DNA of 24,000 nt from Tumidithrix elongata BACA0141 (GCF_036349135.1 NZ_JAZBJZ010000053.1:1-24000); one strand, 5' to 3'. Counted from the first letter of the stretch, positions 1 to 7,589 are shown. The notes: generated by a model not told the origin, from the sequence alone. A program made the numbers and translations.

Positions 1-77
1 AGTTTGTGCCAAGCACCTGCTGCCTTTTTTTCTTTTTTTAGTCCAAAGTCCAGTAAGATCTCTACCAATGCTAATGT

Positions 78-115
78 AACCAACTAGCCGCTTACGCATA
101 AGCGGCTAGTTGGTT
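78..115. repeat. Perfect 17-bp inverted repeat forming a stem-loop (AACCAACTAGCCGCTTA / loop CGCA / TAAGCGGCTAGTTGGTT); role unknown
   Basis: All 17 pairs from 78:115 to 94:99 were checked by hand and are Watson-Crick. No U-run follows on either strand, so it is not a canonical intrinsic terminator. It sits 33 nt upstream of the ATG at 148. Confidence 0.8.
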
Positions 116-147
116 TGCTAAAGCTGAAATGGGTGAAAACTACGTAA

Positions 148-984
148 ATGACTATTAAATTTACCGCGCACAACATTCGTCTTGATGATGGTACTTTCAC
201 AAAACCCGAGCTTGGATTCACAATGGAGTCACATCCATGGTTCGTTTCTTCGAGACGAGTTCTAGAGACCGTTTTCCCGGGGGACAAGAGACACCTTCGG
301 CTAGCTGACCTTGGGTGTTTGGAAGGAGGTTTTGCTGTCGAATTCGCTCGTATGGGATTTCAAGTCTTGGGAATTGATGTTCGCGATACAAATATCAAAG
401 CGTGCGATTACGTTAAGCTGAGAACTAGTCTACCAAACTTAACTTTTGTAAAAGACAACGTGTTAAATATTGCGGAATATGGCATGTTCGATGCCATATT
501 CTGTTGTGGACTCCTGTATCACCTAGATCAACCTAAAGCTTTCCTTGAAACAGTTTCATCGGTAACGACAAAATTATTGATTCTACAGACACACTTTTCA
601 ACGGATACTGTTTATTCACGGTTACCATTCCCCCTCTGGATACGAAAGGTTTTGGGAAAGGCAGCCAAGAACCAAGACGGCAAATTTGCACTGTCAAGCA
701 TGAGTATCAACGAAGGTTTGCCTGGTCGATGGTTTACAGAATTCAAAGATGACAAATCGTTTAGCAGGCGAGAAGAGCTTAACTGGTCTTCTTGGGACAA
801 CCGTCGTGCTTTCTGGATTCAACGGGAATACCTACTTCAGCTAATACAAGATATTGGCTTTGATTGCGTATTTGAGCAGTTTGACAGCTTGGGATCAAAT
901 ATTGCAGAAAGCATGCTACAGGGGTACTACCAAGCGGAGACGAGAGGAACCTTTATTGGTATCAGGACTCATACAAAGTTGTAA
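148..984 (+). CDS. Class I SAM-dependent methyltransferase, substrate unknown
   Basis: ATG-initiated 278-aa ORF. It has the Rossmann motif I LADLGCLEGGFAVEFARMG, followed by VLGIDV (motif II-like acidic end) and FDAIFCCGLLYHL (motif IV-like). The ~130-aa C-terminal extension could not be assigned. Confidence 0.7.
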   Translation: MTIKFTAHNIRLDDGTFTKPELGFTMESHPWFVSSRRVLETVFPGDKRHLRLADLGCLEGGFAVEFARMGFQVLGIDVRDTNIKACDYVKLRTSLPNLTFVKDNVLNIAEYGMFDAIFCCGLLYHLDQPKAFLETVSSVTTKLLILQTHFSTDTVYSRLPFPLWIRKVLGKAAKNQDGKFALSSMSINEGLPGRWFTEFKDDKSFSRREELNWSSWDNRRAFWIQREYLLQLIQDIGFDCVFEQFDSLGSNIAESMLQGYYQAETRGTFIGIRTHTKL

Positions 985-1009
985 TCAGGGATTTGCCATA
1001 AATTAGAGT

Positions 1010-1071
1010 CTCAACGTTGGCTGAGTGGATGTCAGTAAGCGATGCCGAACTGAGTCAAAGCCAATGTTGAG
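1010..1071 (+). other. Long stem-loop in the convergent spacer between the methyltransferase and hisZ
   Basis: CTCAACGTTGGCT (1010-1022) pairs with AGCCAATGTTGAG (1059-1071). That gives 13 bp including one G-U pair (1016:1065), which is a C-A mismatch on the opposite strand, so the structure favours the + transcript. The loop is 36 nt and no adjacent U-run is present. Confidence 0.4.
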
Positions 1072-1151
1072 CTTATCGATAAAATATTTTTGCGCAAGTC
1101 CCTAATTCATACAAAGTTTGACTATCAGCCTGTTTGAGCTTGGATTCAAGA

Positions 1152-2360
1152 TTACAGCTTTTCCAACGCGATCGCTTCACCATCGCGCACCCAAGCAATT
1201 TGTTTGATCCCCCGCGATCGGGCATAGTCTCGTATAAGTTGTTCTGAGCGAAATGCTAACTCTAGCTCTACAGATGGGCGTTCCGCAGAGGTGCGTAACT
1301 GGTCTGCATGAACAAAAGCGAGATGCGTTGCCTGTGGGGTACAGGGAACCACTAAATAGTCTGTGGTTTGGGTGCTTTGAGGCAAGGTTGTCAGTAAAAC
1401 TTGGTGCAGATCTTCCAGATTCAAGCAAAAGCCGATACTGGGGTATGTGATTCCTTGGGGATGATAGACCCCTAATAAGCGATCGTAGCGCCCACCTTGA
1501 GCGATTACATGGTTCTCACAAACTACTTCAAACACAATGCCTGTGTAATAGTCAAACGTTTGAACTAAGCTCAGATCTAAAACCAGCGCATTTGCAAAAC
1601 CAGCAGATTCTAACAAATCGACCAAAGATTTAACGTGGTTGATTGCGTTGCTTAACTCTGATGCCCAGGCAAAGGTAGACAGCCTCGCTAAAACTGCTTG
1701 GGGACGACCGCGCAGGTCAATCAATTGCAAAGCCCTTTCTTTAACCGCATCTGGAATCTCTAGGTTCTCTAGCTGAATCCGATCTAAATGAGCTAAGCAG
1801 TGACGGATTTTTTCACGATATTGCGATGGGAATGTCTCAATTAGCGTCCCAGTTAGTCCAGCATCTCCTAGAATCACCTGCCAATTGGTCAGTTCAACCT
1901 GCTTGAGACACTCAGCTAAGAGCAACAAAATCTCACCGTCAGCCAGTAAGCCTGCGCCACCCAGTAACTCCACACCTGATTGGTAATACTCTTGCAGACT
2001 CGCCAATAATGGTGAGCCTGACTCACTTTTGCGACGAAAGACATTGGCACTGTAATAGAGCCTTTGGGGGCAATTTGTGACTTCTCTACTTAAACGGGCA
2101 GCATAGGCACGGGCGATCGATGCGGTGAGTTCGGGTCTGAGTCCCAAAACATCCATCCCACTACCATAGAGTTGAATTACGGACTCTGGCTGTACAGTAC
2201 CGCCTGCTGTCAATGTCTCTAGTCGTTCGAGGGTTGGTGTGATGATTCTCTGATAACCCCATGATTGAAATACGTTTTGCAAACGACTCTCAATCCACCG
2301 CTTTTGAGCGACATCTAGCGGCAATAAATCTTTGGCTCCGATCGGAAGCTGATGCACCAT
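1152..2360 (-). CDS. hisZ: ATP phosphoribosyltransferase regulatory subunit (HisRS-like paralog HisZ)
   Basis: 402-aa ORF with an ATG start. The N-terminus LPIGAKDLLPLDVAQKRWIESRLQNVFQSWGYQRIITPTLERLETL fits the HisZ pattern (LP.G.rDlLP ... WGY..i.tP.lE). It has a class-II aaRS-like core and no anticodon-binding tail. Confidence 0.8.
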   Translation of the reverse strand: MVHQLPIGAKDLLPLDVAQKRWIESRLQNVFQSWGYQRIITPTLERLETLTAGGTVQPESVIQLYGSGMDVLGLRPELTASIARAYAARLSREVTNCPQRLYYSANVFRRKSESGSPLLASLQEYYQSGVELLGGAGLLADGEILLLLAECLKQVELTNWQVILGDAGLTGTLIETFPSQYREKIRHCLAHLDRIQLENLEIPDAVKERALQLIDLRGRPQAVLARLSTFAWASELSNAINHVKSLVDLLESAGFANALVLDLSLVQTFDYYTGIVFEVVCENHVIAQGGRYDRLLGVYHPQGITYPSIGFCLNLEDLHQVLLTTLPQSTQTTDYLVVPCTPQATHLAFVHADQLRTSAERPSVELELAFRSEQLIRDYARSRGIKQIAWVRDGEAIALEKL

Positions 2361-2433
2361 GTGTTTTTGTTACGCTTTACACAAGAATCCTAGATCGATT
2401 TCGCCACCAATTGATTCTTCAAGCTAAGGATCT

Positions 2434-3618
2434 TTACTTGCGATCTTTTCGATCGGGCGTACGCAGACCTAACAATCCAAAAAACCAACCTTTTGGGGCG
2501 TCGGCTTTTTTAGGCTCAGTTTTAGAGTTTGTCGTACTGCCTTTATTCAGGCTACTCATATACTGTAAGGCTAAAGGCTCTTTGGGGTTCAACTTCAGTG
2601 CTTGCTGAAAGCTAACCTTTGCCATGCTGGGTTGGTTGATATTTTTATAGACAACCCCTAACATTGCCATACATTTACTATCTTGGTTATTAAGCTGAAT
2701 GGCGATGCGAAGTTCCCGCAGTGCCTGCAACCATTGCTTTTGGCTCATATATTCTTCTGCCATAGCCACACGGGTCGCAAAACTTACATCAGACTGTGGA
2801 TTTAGCGGAAATTGTTCTCGCGACTGAATAAAAGTTTCGTCTTGATTGGATGCTGGTTGAGGGGGAGGACTGTAAGTTCGGCTCAGGTTTTGGTTATAGG
2901 TAGATTGTTTCGTCTGAGCGTTAGCTGGTGGTTTGGCTTGGGAAATCTGTGAAGTTGTTTTCTCTTTTGCAGGTGGCTTGATAGGGGAGGTTTGAACGAT
3001 CGTTTCATCGCCCGTTTGAAAGATTGTTTGATCGTCGTCGCTATTACTGCTATCACTAACTCGATTTTTAGGGTTGGCGTAGGTTAGAACGCTAGAAAAG
3101 TCTGGATCGCTGAACCGATAACCCTCTCTGTACAAAATATAAACTAGATTAAGCTCGCTCAACTGAGCAGTATATTCCAAGATTTTGTCTAGGGATTTGT
3201 ACTGACGATCGGCAACGGCAAAAACAAATTTTTCGTAGGCTGCTTCGTTGGGATTAAGCAACAATTGTTTCGCGATCGCAGATTTTATGCCAATATTACG
3301 AACTTTTTGCATGAGACGCTTTGCCAACAGTTTAAAGATGGCTCGGTAAGCTTCTCGTTCTCTTTCCTGCATGAGTATGTCATAGGCAGGATTCACCATT
3401 TTTGCTAGGTACTGCGTGGCAATTTCTTTTTCTTGCAGAGGGCGACCATAAACGTCAGGATGCAAAATCTTGGCGATGTCTATATACATATGGCGGATTA
3501 GGTTAACGTCCGCTGTAATGGGAACGCCCAAAGCCGCATAGTAGTCATGATTAAACTGACTAATCCCTCGATCAATCCGAATAACGATTGGCGAGCTTGC
3601 CAGTTGCCCTTCTGTCAT
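2434..3618 (-). CDS. J-domain / TPR protein, paralog 1 (atypical type-III J protein)
   Basis: J domain DYYAALGVP...AKILHPDVYG with HPD intact. Two TPR-like units follow (QKQWLQALRELRIAIQLN...MAKVSFQQALKLNPKEPLALQYM). The C-terminus is KGWFFGLLG plus a 10-aa basic tail. The ORF track starts at TTG 3624; the ATG at 3618 is preferred. Confidence 0.8.
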   Translation of the reverse strand: MTEGQLASSPIVIRIDRGISQFNHDYYAALGVPITADVNLIRHMYIDIAKILHPDVYGRPLQEKEIATQYLAKMVNPAYDILMQEREREAYRAIFKLLAKRLMQKVRNIGIKSAIAKQLLLNPNEAAYEKFVFAVADRQYKSLDKILEYTAQLSELNLVYILYREGYRFSDPDFSSVLTYANPKNRVSDSSNSDDDQTIFQTGDETIVQTSPIKPPAKEKTTSQISQAKPPANAQTKQSTYNQNLSRTYSPPPQPASNQDETFIQSREQFPLNPQSDVSFATRVAMAEEYMSQKQWLQALRELRIAIQLNNQDSKCMAMLGVVYKNINQPSMAKVSFQQALKLNPKEPLALQYMSSLNKGSTTNSKTEPKKADAPKGWFFGLLGLRTPDRKDRK

Positions 3619-3737
3619 GACCAAAAGCTGTTAACAACGATTTACATATCCTAACCCTAAAATTCTAGAAACAATAGCGTGATTTGTTTGAGGTATGTAC
3701 AGGTATTTTGTGTGATTTCAGGAATTTTTTCTACTAC

Positions 3738-4748
3738 TTACGAGCCGCCTCCAAGCCAACCAAAGAAACCACCTTTCTGTGGCTTTTGTGCTTTGGCGTC
3801 GGCGTCTTTGGCCAGGTTAAGTTGTTTGAGATATTGCAATGCTAGCGGCTCTTGTGGGTTAAGTTTAAGTGCCTGCTGAAAACTGACTTTTGCCATGCTG
3901 TTTAAGTTTTGCTTTACATACACCAGACCGAGCAAGGCGTGACACTTACTGGAGCTTGGGTCAAGCTGTAGAACAGCCCGCAATTCTTTGAGTGCAAAAG
4001 CCCATTGCTTTTGCTCGATATATTGTTCTGCTAGATGAATTTGGCTTTTCGCTTGACTGCTATTGCTACTTTGACTATTTCCTGATGCTTTCACTTCAGG
4101 CTCTGAAGAACGATAGGAAGAAGTAGGTGGCTTATAAGCGGAATGTTGGAAAGAATTGGTTTTAAGAACCGAACTATCGCTAGTAGAAGAGGTTGAGGTT
4201 TTGATCGAGCTACCTACAGTCGGACTGCTAACAGCAATGATTGGTGAAGCAAAGGGTTTATACCCAGATTGAGCTAAAACATAGACAAGGTTTAATTCGC
4301 TCAGTTGCCCAGTATAGTCTAGGGCTTTATCGAGAGATTGATACTGCATCTCAGCAAGCGATCGCACAGCTTTCTCATAGTTCAGATCGTTTGGGGCAGT
4401 AGCGAGCAAACGCGCAACATCTGACTGTGGTTCTAGCCCCTCACCTCTTTTCATCAACCGTTTGGCAATAAGCTTTAGTAGCGCTTGATATTCAACGCGT
4501 TCGCGCTCTTGCATGAGCGTGTTATAGGCAGGACTGACTAATTTAGCGAGGTAAGTGCAAGCGCGATCGCTTTCCTGTGGCGACTTTCCATAGACATCAG
4601 GATGTAAGATTTTGGCAATATTGAAATAACGCTTACGGATTTGAGAAGCCTCCGCATGAACGGGTAAACCCAGTACTGCATAGTGATCGCCTGAGCTATA
4701 TTTACCAATTCCTAAATTAACCTTAAAAGCCAGTGATTGGTTTACCAT
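3738..4748 (-). CDS. J-domain / TPR protein, paralog 2
   Basis: ATG start at 4748 with AGGAAG 9 nt upstream. It is collinear with paralogs 1 and 3: DHYAVLGLP...ILHPDVYG, LSELNLVYVL, MAKVSFQQALKLNPQEPLALQYL, and a C-terminal KGGFFGWLGGGS. Confidence 0.85.
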   Translation of the reverse strand: MVNQSLAFKVNLGIGKYSSGDHYAVLGLPVHAEASQIRKRYFNIAKILHPDVYGKSPQESDRACTYLAKLVSPAYNTLMQERERVEYQALLKLIAKRLMKRGEGLEPQSDVARLLATAPNDLNYEKAVRSLAEMQYQSLDKALDYTGQLSELNLVYVLAQSGYKPFASPIIAVSSPTVGSSIKTSTSSTSDSSVLKTNSFQHSAYKPPTSSYRSSEPEVKASGNSQSSNSSQAKSQIHLAEQYIEQKQWAFALKELRAVLQLDPSSSKCHALLGLVYVKQNLNSMAKVSFQQALKLNPQEPLALQYLKQLNLAKDADAKAQKPQKGGFFGWLGGGS

Positions 4749-5089
4749 GGCGAACTTCCTATCTATCTAAAAGTATTTTGAATATTTTGATGCGAGTAGA
4801 TATATCTTAAGTGAAGTTTCAGTTTATTTACACTAGATGAATCTATTACAGAGCTTTGTTAGTAAAATTGCAACCCCTATGGGTTATATAAAAGTTACCC
4901 ACAACCTGCTCACAAGTTACACAAAAATTACCGAAAATATGGATTCTAAGTGAAGCAATTCCCGAACCTGAAGATTCCTGCCGTTCTGTGGCGAAGAGGA
5001 AGAATAGCGGGAAATCTACGAGATGCATGCTTGAACCTCCTAGAATAGGTAGTGTCAGCGAAAGTCCATTGCTATGCGTTTAGTTGTTG

Positions 5090-6232
5090 CTACTGTCCAC
5101 CCAGCCAGCCAAAAAAACCACCTTTTTTATTTGAATCTTTCTTGTTTGTATTGGCATTTGCCTGCGTTGTAGATTGTGAAGATGAATCTTTGCTACCTAA
5201 CTGACTCATATACTTGAGCGCGATCGGTTCTTGCGGGTTTAACTTGAGTGCTTGCTGAAAACTAACTTTTGCCATGCCAGCAAGCTTTTGATTTACATAA
5301 ACTACACCCAAGAGCGCATGACATTTACTATTGTTACAATCAATTTGGATAGCACTACGAAGCTCTTTTAAAGCAGAAGACCATTCTTTTTGGGCAATAA
5401 AGAGTTCAGCTTGTCTAATATTCTGTTGAATTGAACTGCTTCCACTATTCGATGCTGCGTCTGCTGTATCTTGGCTAGCACGGTACTGCGAAGAATTAGA
5501 TTGAGATGCTCCAGTTGGTCGTGACTGGGTTGAACCTGATTGTGTTGACTTAGACTGAGTGAAGCTAGTCGTATTGCCTGTATTTGGGTAGCTTGCGTTT
5601 GTACCGCTAGTCTGACGATAGCTAGAGCCACTACTACTAGAACTAGAGGTGTAGTTTTTAGATGTGTAGCTAGGTGGCTGAATTGTCGTTGTGTCTCCAT
5701 TCATTGAAGAAGATTTAGCTACTTCTTCGGAAGTAAAGGGTTTGTACCCTTCTTGGAGTAAGACATAAACTAGGTTGAGTTCGCTGAGCTGGGCTGTATA
5801 TTCTAAGATTTTATCGAGCTGCTCGTATTGAATTTTGGCAATATCTTGTACTGCCTGCTCGTAACTAGAAACATTCGAGATCTGCAAGAGTTTTTTAGCA
5901 ACCTCAGACTGTGGAACAAACTTTTGGTTGCGTTTCATCAATCGCTTTGCTAGTAACTTGAGAATCGCTGAATATTCTGTGCGCTCGCGCTCTTGATTTA
6001 AAACGTTGTAGGCAGGGTTGACCAGTTTAGATAAATATTGACCTGCAATTACTTTTTCGTCGGGCGATCGCCCAAAAATGTCAGGATGTAGGTTTTTGGC
6101 GATGGTTAAATAGCGTTTACGCACCAACCCAGCGGTTGCCGTAACAGGGAGCCCCAAAACAGCATAGTAGTCATTAAAATCATATTGACCAATACCGCGA
6201 TCGATGCGGAATGTTTTGGGCTGTTGCACCAT
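5090..6232 (-). CDS. J-domain / TPR protein, paralog 3
   Basis: The track ORF begins at TTG 6283. The ATG at 6230-6232 gives MVQQPKTFRIDRGIGQY..., which aligns with the N-termini of the other two paralogs. HPD codons lie at 6080-6088. The C-terminus is KKGGFFGWLGGQ. Confidence 0.8.
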   Translation of the reverse strand: MVQQPKTFRIDRGIGQYDFNDYYAVLGLPVTATAGLVRKRYLTIAKNLHPDIFGRSPDEKVIAGQYLSKLVNPAYNVLNQERERTEYSAILKLLAKRLMKRNQKFVPQSEVAKKLLQISNVSSYEQAVQDIAKIQYEQLDKILEYTAQLSELNLVYVLLQEGYKPFTSEEVAKSSSMNGDTTTIQPPSYTSKNYTSSSSSSGSSYRQTSGTNASYPNTGNTTSFTQSKSTQSGSTQSRPTGASQSNSSQYRASQDTADAASNSGSSSIQQNIRQAELFIAQKEWSSALKELRSAIQIDCNNSKCHALLGVVYVNQKLAGMAKVSFQQALKLNPQEPIALKYMSQLGSKDSSSQSTTQANANTNKKDSNKKGGFFGWLGGQ

Positions 6233-6777
6233 CTGTTTCTGTGCCTTGAAATTTAGAACAAGATACTTTAACTTACCCGCCAAGGCTTAGGCTTCGATCT
6301 CAACACCTCAGAGATTTCACCAAGATTTGGAAACCACTAAATTATGTTGCGAGAAATTTTAGTTGGGCATATTTTTACCACATCCTACCGCAAATTCTAA
6401 TTTTATTAGTATTGTTAGCCACACAAACTTAACAGAGCTGCTTCACCATTGATGAATTTGGGTGATGAGTTTTGACAGGAGCAATGCTGTGCGATCGTAA
6501 GCAAAATTTAAGTAGAAGAAGAATGAAGGAATTGCAGAATATTTGTGAAGATCTAACTTGAGGTCTGACAGTACGATTTGAGAATAAGGATGCGTGGGTG
6601 TGAGGATACCTCCCTTAAATCATACAGAATGGAATATTGGCAAGTGGAAGAAAGAAAAGAGAAGCGAAGAACTGACGAAAACGGGAGGAATCATAATTAA
6701 GGGAAAGGCTTTTGCCTGACCTTTGACGAGATTGTGACATTTTGCCCATACTCTTCCTGACTATGAGAGCTTCACAT

Positions 6778-6791
6778 GTATAGAAAGCTAC
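6778..6791. promoter_or_regulatory. Candidate NtcA-type site (GTA-N8-TAC)
   Basis: The sequence tGTAtagaaagcTACt matches the core NtcA consensus GTAN8TAC. No correctly spaced TAN3T -10 box was found on either side. Confidence 0.2.
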
Positions 6792-6816
6792 TCAGTCTTA
6801 GGCAGATTTCGTTGCT

Positions 6817-6850
6817 CAAGAATACATAGACTTTTGACTATGCATTCTTG
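6817..6850 (+). other. Imperfect 15-position hairpin in the long spacer
   Basis: CAAGAATACATAGAC / TTTT / GACTATGCATTCTTG. 13 of 15 positions pair: 7 bp, a mismatch, 5 bp, a mismatch, then 1 bp. It is followed by TCTATTCATT, only a weak U-tract. Confidence 0.4.
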
Positions 6851-7103
6851 TCTATTCATTAGACTTCTTCCTTTCTCCATGTGCAATGAACAAAGTGTGG
6901 TAGGCGATTAATTCTGTTAGCAAGAATGGCACAATTTCTCAAACCCAAGAAATTGCAATGTTACTTATATTTAAGATTAGTTGTACTTACTAACAAAATA
7001 TTAAACCTCTTTAACAACTGTTTGTTCAGTTCTGTTTATGTGACATATAAATTATTTCATTGCCTCATTTTTGTACAAATAAACCTTCCTAAAATGCCAA
7101 TTT

Positions 7104-7117
7104 GTAGGTAAATCTAC
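7104..7117. promoter_or_regulatory. Candidate NtcA-type site (GTA-N8-TAC)
   Basis: The sequence tGTAggtaaatcTACt matches the core consensus. The nearest TAN3T (TAGGGT at 7130) is only 12 nt away, shorter than the usual ~22 nt. The site lies 640 nt upstream of rbcL. Confidence 0.2.
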
Positions 7118-7573
7118 TTAGAATTTCTTTAGGGTCTAGTAGACCTCAAATACATTAGTGTCCTTTCTGGGTAAAGATTTCAGGTGATTGGATATGTCGG
7201 ATCGCTCTATGGAATTTCGTCATAATCTCTTGTCAATTTAGCCAAAGAATTCGCAAAGATAACTAACGTAACGATCGCTCATTCTATGTTTAAATTAAAA
7301 GCATCGATCAGAATTTAATTGGTTCCCTTACTTACTAGGATCAACCTGTACAAGTTCTATCCATCGGCTCGGATTTAGAAAATCTGATTGGTTGGTTAAA
7401 ACAGACTGGTAAAATCAGACTTAAAATTTAGCAAATGGTTTTGTTTGCTCAAAATACAGTTCAAGATGCAGTAGTTCAAGACACAAGTATGGTGGTGAGT
7501 CAGGGTAGCAAATTGCAAAACTACTCAAATCACACGGCCTTATGGATGCCTTGCTGACCTTAGATAACTTGAA

Positions 7574-7589
7574 AGTCTTTTAAAAGACT
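7574..7589. promoter_or_regulatory. Perfect 16-nt palindrome AGTCTTTTAAAAGACT upstream of rbcL (candidate operator)
   Basis: Checked base by base. A shortened copy AGTCTTAAAAGCT lies at 7604-7616. The palindrome is centred about 175 nt upstream of the rbcL ATG. Confidence 0.3.

Noticed and set aside
24-40. T7-C-T7 run near the window start as a possible terminator tail
   Set aside because: The sequence immediately upstream (gtgccaagcacctgctgcc) forms at best a 4-bp stem, so a terminator cannot be supported from what is visible.
1-98. Frames open to the left window edge: + frame 1 ending at TAG 85-87, and a minus-strand ATG at 98 reading out of the window
   Set aside because: Both are under 35 codons and of odd composition (FFSFFS from a T-run; a basic KKRKK from the same run on the other strand). 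Neither can be evaluated without upstream sequence.
2261-2608. 115-aa + strand ORF spanning the hisZ start and the end of J-TPR paralog 1
   Set aside because: It is antisense to two well-supported genes and crosses their intergenic gap. The translation has no motif support.
4846-5028. 60-aa minus-strand ORF in the 341-nt spacer between J-TPR paralogs 2 and 3
   Set aside because: It has no RBS, an implausible composition and no similarity to its neighbours. It is more likely promoter/UTR sequence for paralog 2.
5368-5700. 110-aa minus-strand ORF overlapping the J-TPR paralog 3 linker
   Set aside because: It is an alternate frame of the low-complexity Ser/Thr/Gln-coding region, where repetitive codons keep shadow frames open. 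It has no independent start context.
6233-6283. N-terminal 17-aa extension of J-TPR paralog 3 from a TTG start (MAGKLKYLVLNFKAQKQ)
   Set aside because: The extension has no counterpart in the other two paralogs. The internal ATG at 6232 reproduces their conserved N-terminus. The upstream TTG is retained only as an alternative.
6598-6606. CCTCACAC on the minus strand, resembling the conserved Yfr1 sRNA core motif ACUCCUCACAC
   Set aside because: Only 9 of 11 motif positions match. The motif would be sequestered in a GAGG/CCTC mini-hairpin. Neither the flanking 5' stem-loop nor a U-tailed terminator hairpin expected for Yfr1 is present.
6926-7111. 61-aa ORF in the long rbcL-upstream spacer
   Set aside because: The translation (MAQFLKPKKLQCYLYLRLVVLTNKILNLFNN...) has the Leu/Phe/Asn/Lys bias expected from AT-rich non-coding DNA. 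No Shine-Dalgarno sequence or recognisable motif is present.
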